Assembly: GCF_001194135.2 (NCBI RefSeq)
Contig: NC_068998.1
Span: 6,517,280-6,550,138 of the forward strand
From: Octopus bimaculoides
Lineage: Eukaryota
Reading direction: 5' to 3'
Length of the DNA: 32,859 nucleotides
Below, in pieces: positions 1 to 10,716 of this stretch. The position numbers and the translations under genes are program-made. The number at the start of each line of letters is the position of its first letter. The stretch's first letter is position 1. The notes under the pieces were generated by a model. The model was not told where the DNA came from. It worked only from the letters and a program-made list of their open reading frames with translations, and ran no database searches.

Positions 1-10
1 ATATATATAT

Positions 11-299
11 AAGGTTGAGGAGGGTATTGGATTTAACCAAACCCCGGAGGATACAGGTAATACCGAGTAAGTGCTGTATACCGATTAGTTTGCTTCAATC
101 GTTGTATGAACAGGATTGGGTATTATAAGTCGGGTATTAGCGTGTGTATATGTAAACATATAAAAACAAAAGGATAAAGAGAGCAAAGGTAAGGTTGAAG
201 AATTTTATGGATAAAGTCTTACAGCTGTTTCTGGGAAGATCCAGTACTTCCCTTCATCGGAGACAGAAAAAATAAAGTTATCTATTATTATAAGTTATC
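11..299 (-). mobile_element. Probable Penelope-like element terminal-repeat fragment carrying a hammerhead motif; truncated by N gap
   Basis: Non-coding segment between (AT)n and a gap. It contains a minimal hammerhead motif with a palindromic helix III, a form known from Penelope-like elements. No RT or GIY-YIG coding sequence is visible. Confidence 0.45.
216..264 (-). ncRNA. Minimal type I hammerhead ribozyme motif (variant core)
   Basis: Minus strand reads GTCT-CCGATGA-A-GGGAAG-TACTGGAT-CTTCCC-A-GAAA-CAGCTG-TA-AGAC. Stem I is GTCT/AGAC, the core is CCGATGA (U4C variant), stem II is GGGAAG/CTTCCC, then GAAA, palindromic ACAGCTGT as helix III, and a GUA cleavage triplet. Confidence 0.65.
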
Positions 300-1230
300 N
301 NNNNNNNNNNNNNNNNNNNNNNNNNNNNNNNNNNNNNNNNNNNNNNNNNNNNNNNNNNNNNNNNNNNNNNNNNNNNNNNNNNNNNNNNNNNNNNNNNNNN
401 NNNNNNNNNNNNNNNNNNNNNNNNNNNNNNNNNNNNNNNNNNNNNNNNNNNNNNNNNNNNNNNNNNNNNNNNNNNNNNNNNNNNNNNNNNNNNNNNNNNN
501 NNNNNNNNNNNNNNNNNNNNNNNNNNNNNNNNNNNNNNNNNNNNNNNNNNNNNNNNNNNNNNNNNNNNNNNNNNNNNNNNNNNNNNNNNNNNNNNNNNNN
601 GGGGGGGTAAGTGTGTGTATGTGTGTATATATGTGTGGGGAAAAAACGATTGAATATATTCGATTCTATTAACCTTAACCAACCCTACTATCACTGGTAT
701 ATGTTGTTTAAGTACATTTGTAAACATGAAAGAAAATGGCGACCCGTGTAAGATCTGAGTACACACACACATACACAACCACTCACACATAAACACACTC
801 ATGGACACACAACCGCATACGCGCATACACACTAGATTCCGGCGAAACACTGCCATAAAGTAATTATTATACAGTTCTTAGTCGGTCGATCGATTTGCTG
901 TATTATCTGTCAAAGCAATCGATAGATTTAAATTGCTTCTCAATCAATGTTAAACATATCCATTTATCGTATTGCTACATCAGGTCAAAACTTCACGATT
1001 TTTCGTTTAATACACGAAATCTATCTAAATTCTTGTCAAGCGAAATAATTAACTTTTTCATTCTGCTATGTTTTATTTAAGTGTATTTATTTTTTTTATT
1101 TATCCATTTATTTATTTATTTATTTTATTTTATTCATTGCCAATAATTTTTAATTTGCTTCACAGCGGATGTTTATAAGTGTATTTTATATTTTTAGATT
1201 TTATAGTATATATATATATTTATATATATC

Positions 1231-1543
1231 GGAGACCCCCTTCGCTCACGAATGACCATGGGATTGCACCTAGAAAGTTGCCCTCCGAGGCACAAGTCCG
1301 GGCAAGGTTGTTTATGGAAGGCCAGCAGTCGCCCATGCATACTAGCCTCCCAAGGGAAAGGCAAAGGGGCCGATACAGATTGGCACCAGTGACGTCGCAA
1401 CTCATTTCTACAGCTGAGTGAACTGGAGCAACGTGAAATAAAGTGTCTTGCCCAAGAACACAACACAGCCTCGACCGGGATTCGAACTCACAATCTCACG
1501 GTCGTAAGTTCGACGCTCTAACCACTGAGCCATGCGCCTTCAC
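1231..1543 (-). mobile_element. Near full-length tRNA-derived CORE-type SINE (octopus OR-like)
   Basis: Minus-strand head has Pol III A box TGGCTCAGTGG and B box GAGTTCGAATCC, followed by CORE-like TGTGTTCTTGGGCAAGACACTTT...CAGCTGTAGAAATGAG. Flanked by AT/ACAT microsatellites. Confidence 0.88.
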
Positions 1544-1545
1544 AT

Positions 1546-1573
1546 ATATATCATACATACATACATACATACA

Positions 1574-1606
<33 letters not shown>
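1546..1606. repeat. (ACAT)n microsatellite
   Basis: Direct tetranucleotide repeat. Confidence 0.95.
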
Positions 1607-1878
1607 GGGTATATATATTATAGAACTGTTACTGAATATTTGTCTTTGAGAGATTTAGAAATAATAATGTTTCTAGTTATATATATAGTTATATGTATAC
1701 AAATCTATCTATTATATAGATATATGTATGTATAAGCGCATACATACACACATGCCTGTATATACACATATATATCTATGAATATATATGAACCTATATA
1801 TGTCTGTATGTGTTTATATATATGTATGTGCGTGTGCGTGGGTGTATATATATATATGTTATATATATATGTATATTA

Positions 1879-1933
<55 letters not shown>

Positions 1934-2302
1934 NNNNNNNNNNNNNNNNNNNNNNNNNNNNNNNNNNNNNNNNNNNNNNNNNNNNNNNNNNNNNNNNNNN
2001 NNNNNNNNNNNNNNNNNNNNNNNNNNNNNNNNNNNNNNNNNNNNNNNNNNNNNNNNNNNNNNNNNNNNNNNNNNNNNNNNNNNNNNNNNNNNNNNNNNNN
2101 NNNNNNNNACACCTAGTTGTAGCTATATAATACGCTACTTAGTGCAGTTATTGATTATAATCTGAAAATTCCTTCTCCATTGATTTTTTGGCTGTTTACG
2201 GATATCGGTATTACTGTTTTAATAATATGACATGGACTATCAGATTAGCAGAAAATGGTCGGCAAAGCAGATCCGCGTGCCTCCTTCAAACGAGGAATTT
2301 AT

Positions 2303-2431
2303 ATTCTTTTATTCTTTTAATTGTTTCAGTCATTTATTTGGCTTCAGCTAAGTTGGAGCACTGCCTGGACACCAGGACTTATTTATTAAGCTTAATGCTT
2401 ATTCTATCCTTCTCTTTTTCCGAACCGCTAA
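2303..2431 (-). mobile_element. Degenerate 3' half of OR-like SINE
   Basis: TTGTTTCAGTCATT...GGAGCACTGCC...CTTATTCTATC...CCGAACCGCTAA is the reverse complement of the motif order seen at 7965-8163. Confidence 0.55.
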
Positions 2432-3536
2432 ACCTGGAACGCACAAGGGAGACGAAAGAGCGGTCGCCCTAAAATAGTTGGAGGTGGGATTCAGATGTAG
2501 AACTGCAAAGCAGGGATATTGATAGAGAAAAGTAGAAAAATAGAGCCCAGAGATGAGAACAGTAGAGAAAAGACGTCGACAGCCTATGATACATAGAGAG
2601 AGAAGTACTTAAGTAAAAAAAAGTTTGAATAATTTTATGAATACATCTTTATCTGGAGAGGCGCAAGTGAGAAATTCATGCTGCCACACGGACTGCGGTT
2701 CACAAAAATACTTATAACCTCCCGTGACTGTAGGAATTAGATGAGGTATGTTCACATACTTATGAAATAAATGAAGTTTCTTGAATCCTTACATTCACCT
2801 GGTTTGCCATTTCAATCCTTTCTTCCATGACGTCCTACACTTACGTTGTTTGTTGAATTTTACCCCCAACAAGATTGAAAACTGGAATAAATCTAATTAA
2901 AACCATAAAATTTTATGGAAATTTCAACAAAAGATATATCTATTGAAAGAATTCAGATCTTTCTAAGTATTATTCACGCAGATTCAAAAGACCAACGTCT
3001 TCTGTTGTATGTAAATGTAATTTAAGGCAGCCCAAGGCCATACGCATTTCGAGTCATGCATTTAATTGGCTCTTACAACTTTATAAACTCATATTTGTAG
3101 GAATCATTCATTAAAGATGAGAAAATTATATTCTTCAAGAGCAGAAGGCGGAAGTAGCATACCAGGAATAATTACTCTGCATTATAACATCCTAAATGAG
3201 GGTCAACTGCAAATATGATTCTCCTTCGAGCATTGAATTAAACATCGCTGACGGTGTATATTGCTTTTGTAAAATATGTTCTGAAAATAAGAAGATGCTC
3301 TGAAGTGCTCTATATAGCGCTGATCAGCAATGTAGTATAAACGTTCACTTCTGGGGGAGAGGGTTTTTTTTTCCATGGTTTTTCTTGTTTTTTTTTTCTG
3401 TGGAGCTGGAGGTTCTTTATCGTTCTGGTCGTAAGGAAAAGAAGTGCCCTCGATCCGCTACATGGTCTCTGACACTGTTGGCAACAAATGAAAAAGCTTT
3501 GTTTGGCGATTTTTTCAATTGGTTGTGTTATCTATC

Positions 3537-3742
3537 TTATATTATATTATATTTTATATTATTTTATATTATATTATATTATATTATATTATAGACTGTA
3601 AGATGGCCAATTATATTTCTCTATTTAATTTATTATTTGTAATTTATATATATATATATGTATGTATGTATGTATTATGTATGTACTTATGTATGTATTA
3701 TGTATGTATCTATGTGTGTATGTATGCATGTATGTATGTAGT
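3537..3742. repeat. (TATAT)n and (TATG)n microsatellites
   Basis: Direct short repeats. Confidence 0.9.
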
Positions 3743-4034
3743 CAACAGATGAGATCCAAAGACTCTCAATGTAGAAAACACGTTTTAGTGCTCCAATAAA
3801 TTAAACTTAGACTCCGATGGTTTTACAGGGAATCAATTCCACGGGCTAAATGGCTATAAGAGGGATCAGGTTGAGCAGATATGGAGGCAATTATGCGGAT
3901 AAACAAACTGGATCTAAAATGCAAGATCTTTTCTACACTGATGACGGAGGCTCGAGTTGTCTAATGTATATTTGCTTCCATTACGGTCGCATATTGTGAT
4001 GAACTACATCTACCAACATTATGATAGATCTCCG

Positions 4035-4059
4035 AGTCCTCGGAAACAGCTGTTGGACT
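4035..4059 (+). other. 3' half of a hammerhead-like motif (degenerate relic)
   Basis: AGTCC-TCG-GAAACAGCTGT-T-GGACT has the same GAAACAGCTGT module as 216-264 and a 5-bp stem I. The CUGANGA core and stem II are missing from the expected position. Confidence 0.4.
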
Positions 4060-4275
4060 TATAATAACTTTCTTCCTCTCCTTTAACTTTCTCTGTTGTT
4101 TGTACTTTAAGTAAGTTAGATCTATTAATATAAGTATTTATATATTTATACTTAAATATTCATCGTCTGAAAGTCTCATCGTTTGGCTTTCTCCCGTCTT
4201 GCATGTATGCATAATTCATATTTCATACCCAAATTGTTATATTTAATATATCTAATTTGATTATCTGCATAATTT

Positions 4276-4307
<32 letters not shown>

Positions 4308-4580
4308 CATATGTATGCATGTATATATATGCATGTGTGTATTTATAAATACCTGTGTACATATATACATATATATATATAAGATACATATAACAGATAC
4401 AGCCAATGAAATGATTTTATTCTCAACCGCAGGATAATGCTAATACATATATGTCATTGTCGTCGTTCGTCGTCATCGTGGTCGTTGTCGTATCGTATCC
4501 GAATATTTTTGTCTTCTTTGTTGAACGCTTATATATAAAAGTCGAAGATAAGTGAAAGAAAAATAAGCAGATGTATTAGT

Positions 4581-4739
4581 TTTACATCGACGCCAGTATT
4601 AAACTGGTATTTATTTTATCGACATTGGAAGGAGGAAGGAGAAAGTCGACTTCAGTAGAATTTTAATTCAGAAAAGACGGATGAAATGCAGCTAAGTATT
4701 GTGCCACGGACGGTAACTATTCTGCCAGCTCGCTGCCTC
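4581..4739 (-). mobile_element. Degenerate OK/Nin-type SINE
   Basis: ACATCGACGCCAGT...ACTGGTATTTATTTTATCGAC...AAAGTCGAC...TCTGCCAGCTCGCTGCCT is collinear with the copy at 13318-13543. Confidence 0.75.
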
Positions 4740-5242
4740 TCTTAATCTTATTAATTTTTATTATTGACATAAATAGCTATATTCATAATCTATTTTCTAT
4801 ACTTTAAAGAAACACGTGTAACATGGTATTAAAGATATGTCAAACTTTACACTTGTGCTTTAATAACATATACATGTACGTATATGTGTATATATGTGTG
4901 GGTATGTGTGCGTGCGTGTGTGTGTATGTGTCGGTGTGTATGTGTGCGCGCACACACATGCATAGATACACGTATATACAATGGTTGAGATGAAGCCATT
5001 CGTTTCAAAGTTAGTTTAAGAACAACAGCAGAACATTTACTGTTCTGATCTGACGGGGCGGGTTTTTATTGAAAGAAAAGTCGAATTTATTATGAAACCC
5101 CAGTCAGCTTAATTTTCGCAATACGTTACGCATACACACTCACAATCACGTGTTTACGTACACACACACACACATTCATACATACAAATATATTATTGTA
5201 TATATTTAATACATGTGTCTGTGTATGTATGTTTGTATATAC

Positions 5243-5276
<34 letters not shown>

Positions 5277-5499
5277 NNNNNNNNNNNNNNNNNNNNNNNN
5301 NNNNNNNNNNNNNNNNNNNNNNNNNNNNNNNNNNNNNNNNNNNNNNNNNNNNNNNNNNNNNNNNNNNNNNNNNNNNNNNNNNNNNNNNNNNNNNNNNNNN
5401 NNNNNNNNNNNNNNNNNNNNNNNNNNNNNNNNNNNNNNNNNNNNNNNNNNNNNNNNNNNNNNNNNNNNNNNNNNNNNNNNNNNNNNNNNNNNNNNNNNN

Positions 5500-5533
<34 letters not shown>

Positions 5534-5875
5534 TGAGTGTGTGTGTGTGTGTATGTGTTTATATATATATTTATATATATATACACGATGCACGTGTGTG
5601 TATAATGAAAATGGCCATTTTCAAACTAATGATACCCTTCAGTGTGATTCTTCGCTAAATCGTTTCTTGAGTCTTGTTCTTCAATTAGATTATCAAAGTA
5701 GAGATAAATTTCATCGTAAGGTAATTGAATCGCGTTTGATGGTGCGTTCGGGAGTTTTATTACCGTCCGAATTTCACTGGTCCAGAGTGGAGGCCTCCTA
5801 TGTAGTCGCGCTATCGGTTACAAATGTATTAAAGCGATCAAAGACTCACAGGACGAGGTTGTCGTCGATACGTTA

Positions 5876-5998
5876 AGAGATGAGTTAATTGTGGTGCAAG
5901 TAACTTTGATCGTAGGTCTGCTCTGTTATGTCTGACCTGGGGCTAAACAACAGTAGCAGCAATAACAAAAACAACAACAACAACAATAACAGCAACAA
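5876..5998 (+). mobile_element. Possible retroposon 3' end with (CAA)n-like tail
   Basis: GACCTGGGGCTAAACAAC followed by (CAA/CAG)n. Family assignment is from recall only. Confidence 0.3.
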
Positions 5999-6137
5999 AA
6001 AAACGAGCCTATTCTGTCTCTGCTTTGAGAAATCTATCGCTTCTTGTTGAGTCTGTCGAGGGTCGAAATTCCAAATCCAAAGAAACAATGGTTCGTATTC
6101 TATTACTAGCAGCCAAGTGTTTCACACTTCACTTTAT

Positions 6138-6228
6138 ATTGGTTTCAAATTTTGGCACAAGGCCAAAACTTTCAGGAAAGGGGCTAAGTCGATCAAATCG
6201 ACCCCAGTGCTTAACTGATACTTATTTC
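6138..6228 (-). mobile_element. OK/Nin-type SINE 3' fragment
   Basis: GGTTTCAAATTTTGGCACAAGGCC...AAGTCGATCAAATCGACCCCAGTGCTTAACTGATACTTATTT. A second, more decayed copy lies at about 6352-6440. Confidence 0.65.
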
Positions 6229-6349
6229 ACTGGGACAGTTCTTGAGCCAAATTTCATATATTTCACAGGCTCAGTTGCTGAGCCAAGTCTCATATATTTC
6301 ACAGGCTCTGTTCTTGAGCCAAGTCTCATGTATTTCGTTGGCTCAGTTC
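6223..6349. repeat. 36-bp minisatellite, about 3.5 copies
   Basis: Units start at 6223, 6259, 6295 and 6331; consensus TATTTCACAGGCTCAGTTCTTGAGCCAAGTCTCATA. Confidence 0.9.
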
Positions 6350-6536
6350 ACTTAATATTGGTTTCAAATTGGTATCAAATTTTAGCTCAAGGACAGTAAT
6401 TTTAAGGATGACTGTAAGTCGATTACAACGACCCCCAGCGCCCATAATATGACGCAGTGGGACCAAACACAGAACCAATCAGGTGAAAGTACAAATATGT
6501 TGCTTAAACACACGGCCACACCCCTGTCCATAACCC

Positions 6537-6905
6537 CGATTAACACGAACATATTTTGCTTGGTACATCTTAAATATTTTCATTTGCGGTACAGTTTACA
6601 CAGTGAAGTTACTCTAATCGAATCTGATTCATCGACCAATGGATTTCGGAAACGTGCGATCGATACGAACCTGTTACGCTCATTATATCTTAACTATCTT
6701 CGTATGTGGTACAGTTTACACAGTTGAGGCACTCTGATGGAATTTGAAACATTGATCGGCATATTTCTTCAGTGCACTCTCAAGTTATCGTACCCATAAC
6801 TCAGATCGATACAACTCTGTTTTGCTAGTGACACCTTCAAAAATGTTTTCGTTTTCTTCACTTACACAGTCGTTGTACTCTAATCGAATTTGAAACATCG
6901 ATCAT
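6537..6905. repeat. Degenerate tandem repeat, three copies of about 120-146 bp
   Basis: GGTACAGTTTACACAGT occurs at 6588 and 6708 (exact 120-bp period). A third copy, TTACACAGT...ACTCTAATCGAATTTGAAACATCGATC, lies near 6862-6903. Confidence 0.75.
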
Positions 6906-7345
6906 TTACTTAGCCAATCGTCTCTATTATTCGTTTTCATCAAACTTAACTTTCTCAATAGAAGCAATATCCGACTATATTTTCCTTTTTATCCCTTCCT
7001 TCATTTGTTTTATTTACCTTAAACTTCTTGTATTCTTGTTTGGTTTCTTTCAGTATCAGTAATGGTCTGCAAGACAGCTTAGTCTAAGAACATCGTCTCT
7101 TTCAATGTCAGATTAATTTCAATTCACAAATGTTTATATAAAAGGCTTTTGTTCATCTTTTTACTCGTTTGTTTATTATTTTTTCATGTATTTTTTAATC
7201 AATTGTCTCTGACACTTAAATACATCACCTCGTCTATTGAGAACACATTATTGCAAATTATAATTTTTACAATGCAATATATACATATCAATGAAGTAAA
7301 AGTTGGTTAGTTTATTTGTCTGCATGTCAATCCATACACCCACCC

Positions 7346-7348
7346 ATC

Positions 7349-7419
<71 letters not shown>

Positions 7420-7422
7420 TTA
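7346..7422. repeat. (TCTA)n microsatellite
   Basis: Direct repeat. Confidence 0.95.
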
Positions 7423-7964
7423 TCAGCATGAAACATGACTACTGCATGAATTAAACTGCAGAATGCTTCGTTCAACTCAAATCATCGACGGAAACAAATG
7501 CAGAGTTGGGTCAAATAAAGGGATTATATAAATATAGAAAGTGACTAAAGAACAATCCAAAACACAAGGAAAGATTAGGGGTTGAAAATTTTTATTCCAA
7601 GGGCTTGTCTGTTCTTGCGTCGCGTTACAAAAATAAAACAGATGTATTTTAAAATGAATACATCATATACGTTTCGCAAGAAGAGATGAGTGGCCTTCGT
7701 CATTTGTTGACGGTATCACAGAGGCAGTAACTTAACCATCTCTGCTCTGCCGGGAAAATTCTCAGAATCAGGTGCCTATACCCAAGTATATTTACCACCT
7801 CTCTGCTCACGAATACGTCACAAACGTAAGACAAACCAATAAGTTCGCAGCAACTATGGAGCCACTGGGGATGCCAGATATTGGTCAAATACGACCGTAC
7901 TCATCTACCTTAGAGCCCAACGCCTGGAATTTCTGCAGGTGTTTACTTTCGTAGCCTTCTTTTA

Positions 7965-8163
7965 AACGCTTGACAACCGATGTTGGTATGATTATGTCCT
8001 GGTAATGTAGCGGTTCGGCAAAAGAGACGATATAATAAATACCAGACTTACAAAGAATAAGTCATTGGGTCGATTGCTTCGGCTGAAAAAAAAACCCCTT
8101 TAAGGCGTTGTTCCAGCATGGCCGCAGTCAAATGCCTTAAACAAGTAAAAAAGTAAAAGAATA
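7965..8163 (+). mobile_element. 3' half of OR-like composite SINE
   Basis: CGCTTGACAACCGATG...AGCGGTTCGGCAAAAGAGAC...CCAGCATGGCCGCAGTCAAATG...AAACAAGTAAAA, followed by microsatellite. Confidence 0.8.
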
Positions 8164-8207
8164 CACAGACGATACCACACACACGCACACACATACATAA
8201 TGCATAC

Positions 8208-8238
<31 letters not shown>

Positions 8239-8356
8239 CATGCATACATATATGTGCTGGAACTAATAAAAAAGTAAACAGTCATCTACTTGTTAATCTG
8301 ATAAAACCAACACTTGAACAACAATTATCTCATTTCGCCTTCAGCTCATCAGCGGC

Positions 8357-8401
8357 TTAAGAACAACGAGTGTAATGAAGACTCGTGTAGGCGGCCAATT
8401 C
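8357..8401 (-). CDS. Speculative terminal coding exon (ELAAYTSLHYTRCS*)
   Basis: Strong minus-strand acceptor TTGCTTTGCTTTCGTTTCTATATTCAG|G. No homology recognised. Confidence 0.15.
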   Translation of the reverse strand, partial: ELAAYTSLHYTRCS

Positions 8402-8785
8402 CTGAATATAGAAACGAAAGCAAAGCAAGTTTAAAAATGAACGTTGTAAACAAAATATAAAGTAAAGAAAGAAAACGTAAACAAACGTTTTTGAATTCGA
8501 TATCGGTGAATACCACCCGTTTATCTTCTCTACATATGTCAAACGCAATTTATTTTTCTAGATCCTTGGTTAACATCTATGAACACGAAATTGAAATCAA
8601 CCCCACACTTACAAAATTATAGAGAATTTTAGAAAGATATTTTATGGATGTAACTTAGACATTAATCTAGTTTGTGATACGAGTAATAGAGTGAATTAGT
8701 TCTAATTTACATCAAGGAAATTTGTTTTTTTTTATGTGAGTTTCAACTGGCACTTGAAATCCTGCGATTGTTTATAAACCAGAGA

Positions 8786-8908
8786 TTTGCTTCCTAACCA
8801 CAAGGTTCTGAGCTTAGTCCCACTTGGGCAAGTGTCTTCTGCTACAGTCTCGAGCCGATCAAAGCTTTGTGAGTGAATATCGTAGACGGAAACTGAGAGA
8901 AGTCCGTC

Positions 8909-8910
<2 letters not shown>
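8786..8910 (+). mobile_element. 5' (CORE) half of OR-like SINE, 5'-truncated
   Basis: CTTGGGCAAGTGTCTTCT...GTAGACGGAAACTGAGAGAAGTCCGTCG, running into (AT)n at 8911-8974. Confidence 0.8.
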
Positions 8911-8976
<66 letters not shown>

Positions 8977-9185
8977 GTGAGTCTTTGTATCTCCGTATGC
9001 AAGTGTTCATATCAAGGTCACCACTTCTACACACAAAACTCCTTATGATTAAACCGTACTTGTTTTAGAGAGGGTAGACTTAACTATTTGTACAATTTAA
9101 TACCATCAACTAGACGCCTTTAGAGGAGTCCATCCGTATGCAAGTATTCAGAAAATTTGTTGGATTCGACTGTTCTTCTTCTTAC

Positions 9186-9293
9186 GGTGAGAGACACAAG
9201 TAATCTATTGCCTGGCTTAATGCTTCCACCTAATCTTCGAGTGACTTTAGGTGAGTCAACTCTGCTGCACCTATTCGAACTAAGATCTCCAAA
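9186..9293 (-). CDS. Speculative internal exon (FGDLSSNRCSRVDSPKVTRRLGGSIKPGNRLLVSLT)
   Basis: Acceptor TTATTTTCAG|TTT and donor ACC|GTAAGA enclose 108 nt, open in phase 0-0. No homology recognised. Confidence 0.2.
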
Positions 9294-9771
9294 CTGAAAA
9301 TAACTCAATATCTTGATGTGCACGGCTAGTAACAATCTATGAGTAGGGGGTCTTTTTTCATCTCTATTCTCGTACAAAATTAAATTATCAGCAAAAGTCT
9401 ATGGGTGTAGTCCTTCACTTCCCTGACTAGGTTATAAAAATATAACTACCACCGGCAATAAAGGAGGTATAGTTTATTCTGATATTGTAAGATGTCGTTC
9501 GTGTTGGGGAGACATACACAGCAGAAATTGGCAAATGTTTTGTTTAACTTCAAGTATTGCTTTCAAAAATCTCTTTAGTCATGAAACGTGGTTCTGAAAC
9601 TTTTCGACAATATGGCGCCCTGGAGATGAAATAAAAATGAATTAATGGCGGTCAGGATATCAAATAAAAAATATTTACTGACGCACTTAACATCAAATAA
9701 AAAGGAGTTTCTGGTGCTTTTCGCATAGAAATCGGAAAATAAAAGCCGTTTCAATATTGAATATTATAATA

Positions 9772-9780
9772 TATAGATAA

Positions 9781-9849
<69 letters not shown>

Positions 9850-10003
9850 CAGATAGGTAGATGCACATATACATATATACATGTTTATACATATATATAA
9901 AAATACGTATATGTGTGTATATATATGTATATATATATATGTATTACTTTAAAGATATATATATGTATATGTGTGTATGTATGTATGTATGTATGTATGT
10001 ATG

Positions 10004-10035
<32 letters not shown>

Positions 10036-10046
10036 TGTATGTATAG
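9772..10046. repeat. (TAGA)n, (AT)n and (TATG)n microsatellite cluster
   Basis: Direct repeats. Confidence 0.9.
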
Positions 10047-10168
10047 ATACAAGCATAATATGAAATTAAAGAAATGGGAAGAACATAATGCTGTTCCCTT
10101 GGTATTTTCTTTAATTTCATATTATGCTCTGTACTCGCCTAATGCTCCATTCTGCAGTATATATATAT

Positions 10169-10554
10169 ACATATATATATATACATGCATATATATACAC
10201 ACACAGACTTCGGTTTTATATTTGGTTTTGAACCAGTGTGTGTTGATTATATTGGCATAATGACTCTCACTAGACACACAGAGATCCTGTGCTGCTGAAA
10301 CCTGATCTTCTTNNNNNNNNNNATATATATATATATTGAGTTCTAACACCAGGTTATTAGAAACGCTATACTTGAGCGAAATATTAAAATACACGCACAT
10401 ACACATACATACATATATATATATACATGCATATATATACACACACAGACTTCGGTTTTATATTTGGTTTTGAACCAGTGTGTGTTGATTATATTGGCAT
10501 AATGACTCTCACTAGACACACAGAGATCCTGTGCTGCTGAAACCTGATCTTCTT
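10169..10554. repeat. Exact 144-bp duplication (10169-10312 and 10411-10554) across a 10-N gap
   Basis: Identical sequence at an offset of 242; the first copy ends at the gap. Confidence 0.9.
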
Positions 10555-10702
10555 TTCGAGACGACCACACTCTACGCACTTTACTTTCAAGCACTGCTAT
10601 AAAGAACACAAGTGAGCGAAAACGTTATAACTTAGTGCACGTGCGTGACAGATATCATAGTCAATCTGTACCAAGCGGCTTTACTTTGCATGCTTTGCCT
10701 CC

Positions 10703-10716
10703 GTTACCATAGCAAC
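10703..10716. promoter_or_regulatory. RFX X-box motif
   Basis: GTTACCATAGCAAC matches the 14-bp consensus GTNRCC-N(0-3)-RGYAAC and lies in non-repetitive sequence. E-box CACGTG at 10638-10643. Confidence 0.45.

Noticed and set aside
1480-1543. tRNA gene
   Set aside because: A and B boxes are present, but the sequence continues into a SINE body without a proper acceptor stem; it is a SINE head.
2795-2885. Two possible 36-nt minus-strand micro-exons (VFNLVGVKFNKQ; DVMEERIEMANQ)
   Set aside because: Only 10 nt apart, one acceptor is poor, and no homology is recognised.
3115-3220. KLYSSRAEGGSSIP resembling the LINE thumb motif LY.PR..GGRG
   Set aside because: Flanking sequence gives no supporting motifs; too weak to call.
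5050-5108. Imperfect inverted repeat CTGACGGGG...CCCCAGTCAG
   Set aside because: Stem is short and interrupted; expected by chance.
6223-6349. CRISPR-like array
   Set aside because: Repeats are contiguous with no unique spacers, there are no cas genes, and the context is eukaryotic.
8325-8385. Minus-strand CTGATGA-GCTGAAGGC-GAAA, resembling a hammerhead core
   Set aside because: Stem II is weak and no stem I can be formed in type I or type III register; treated as chance.
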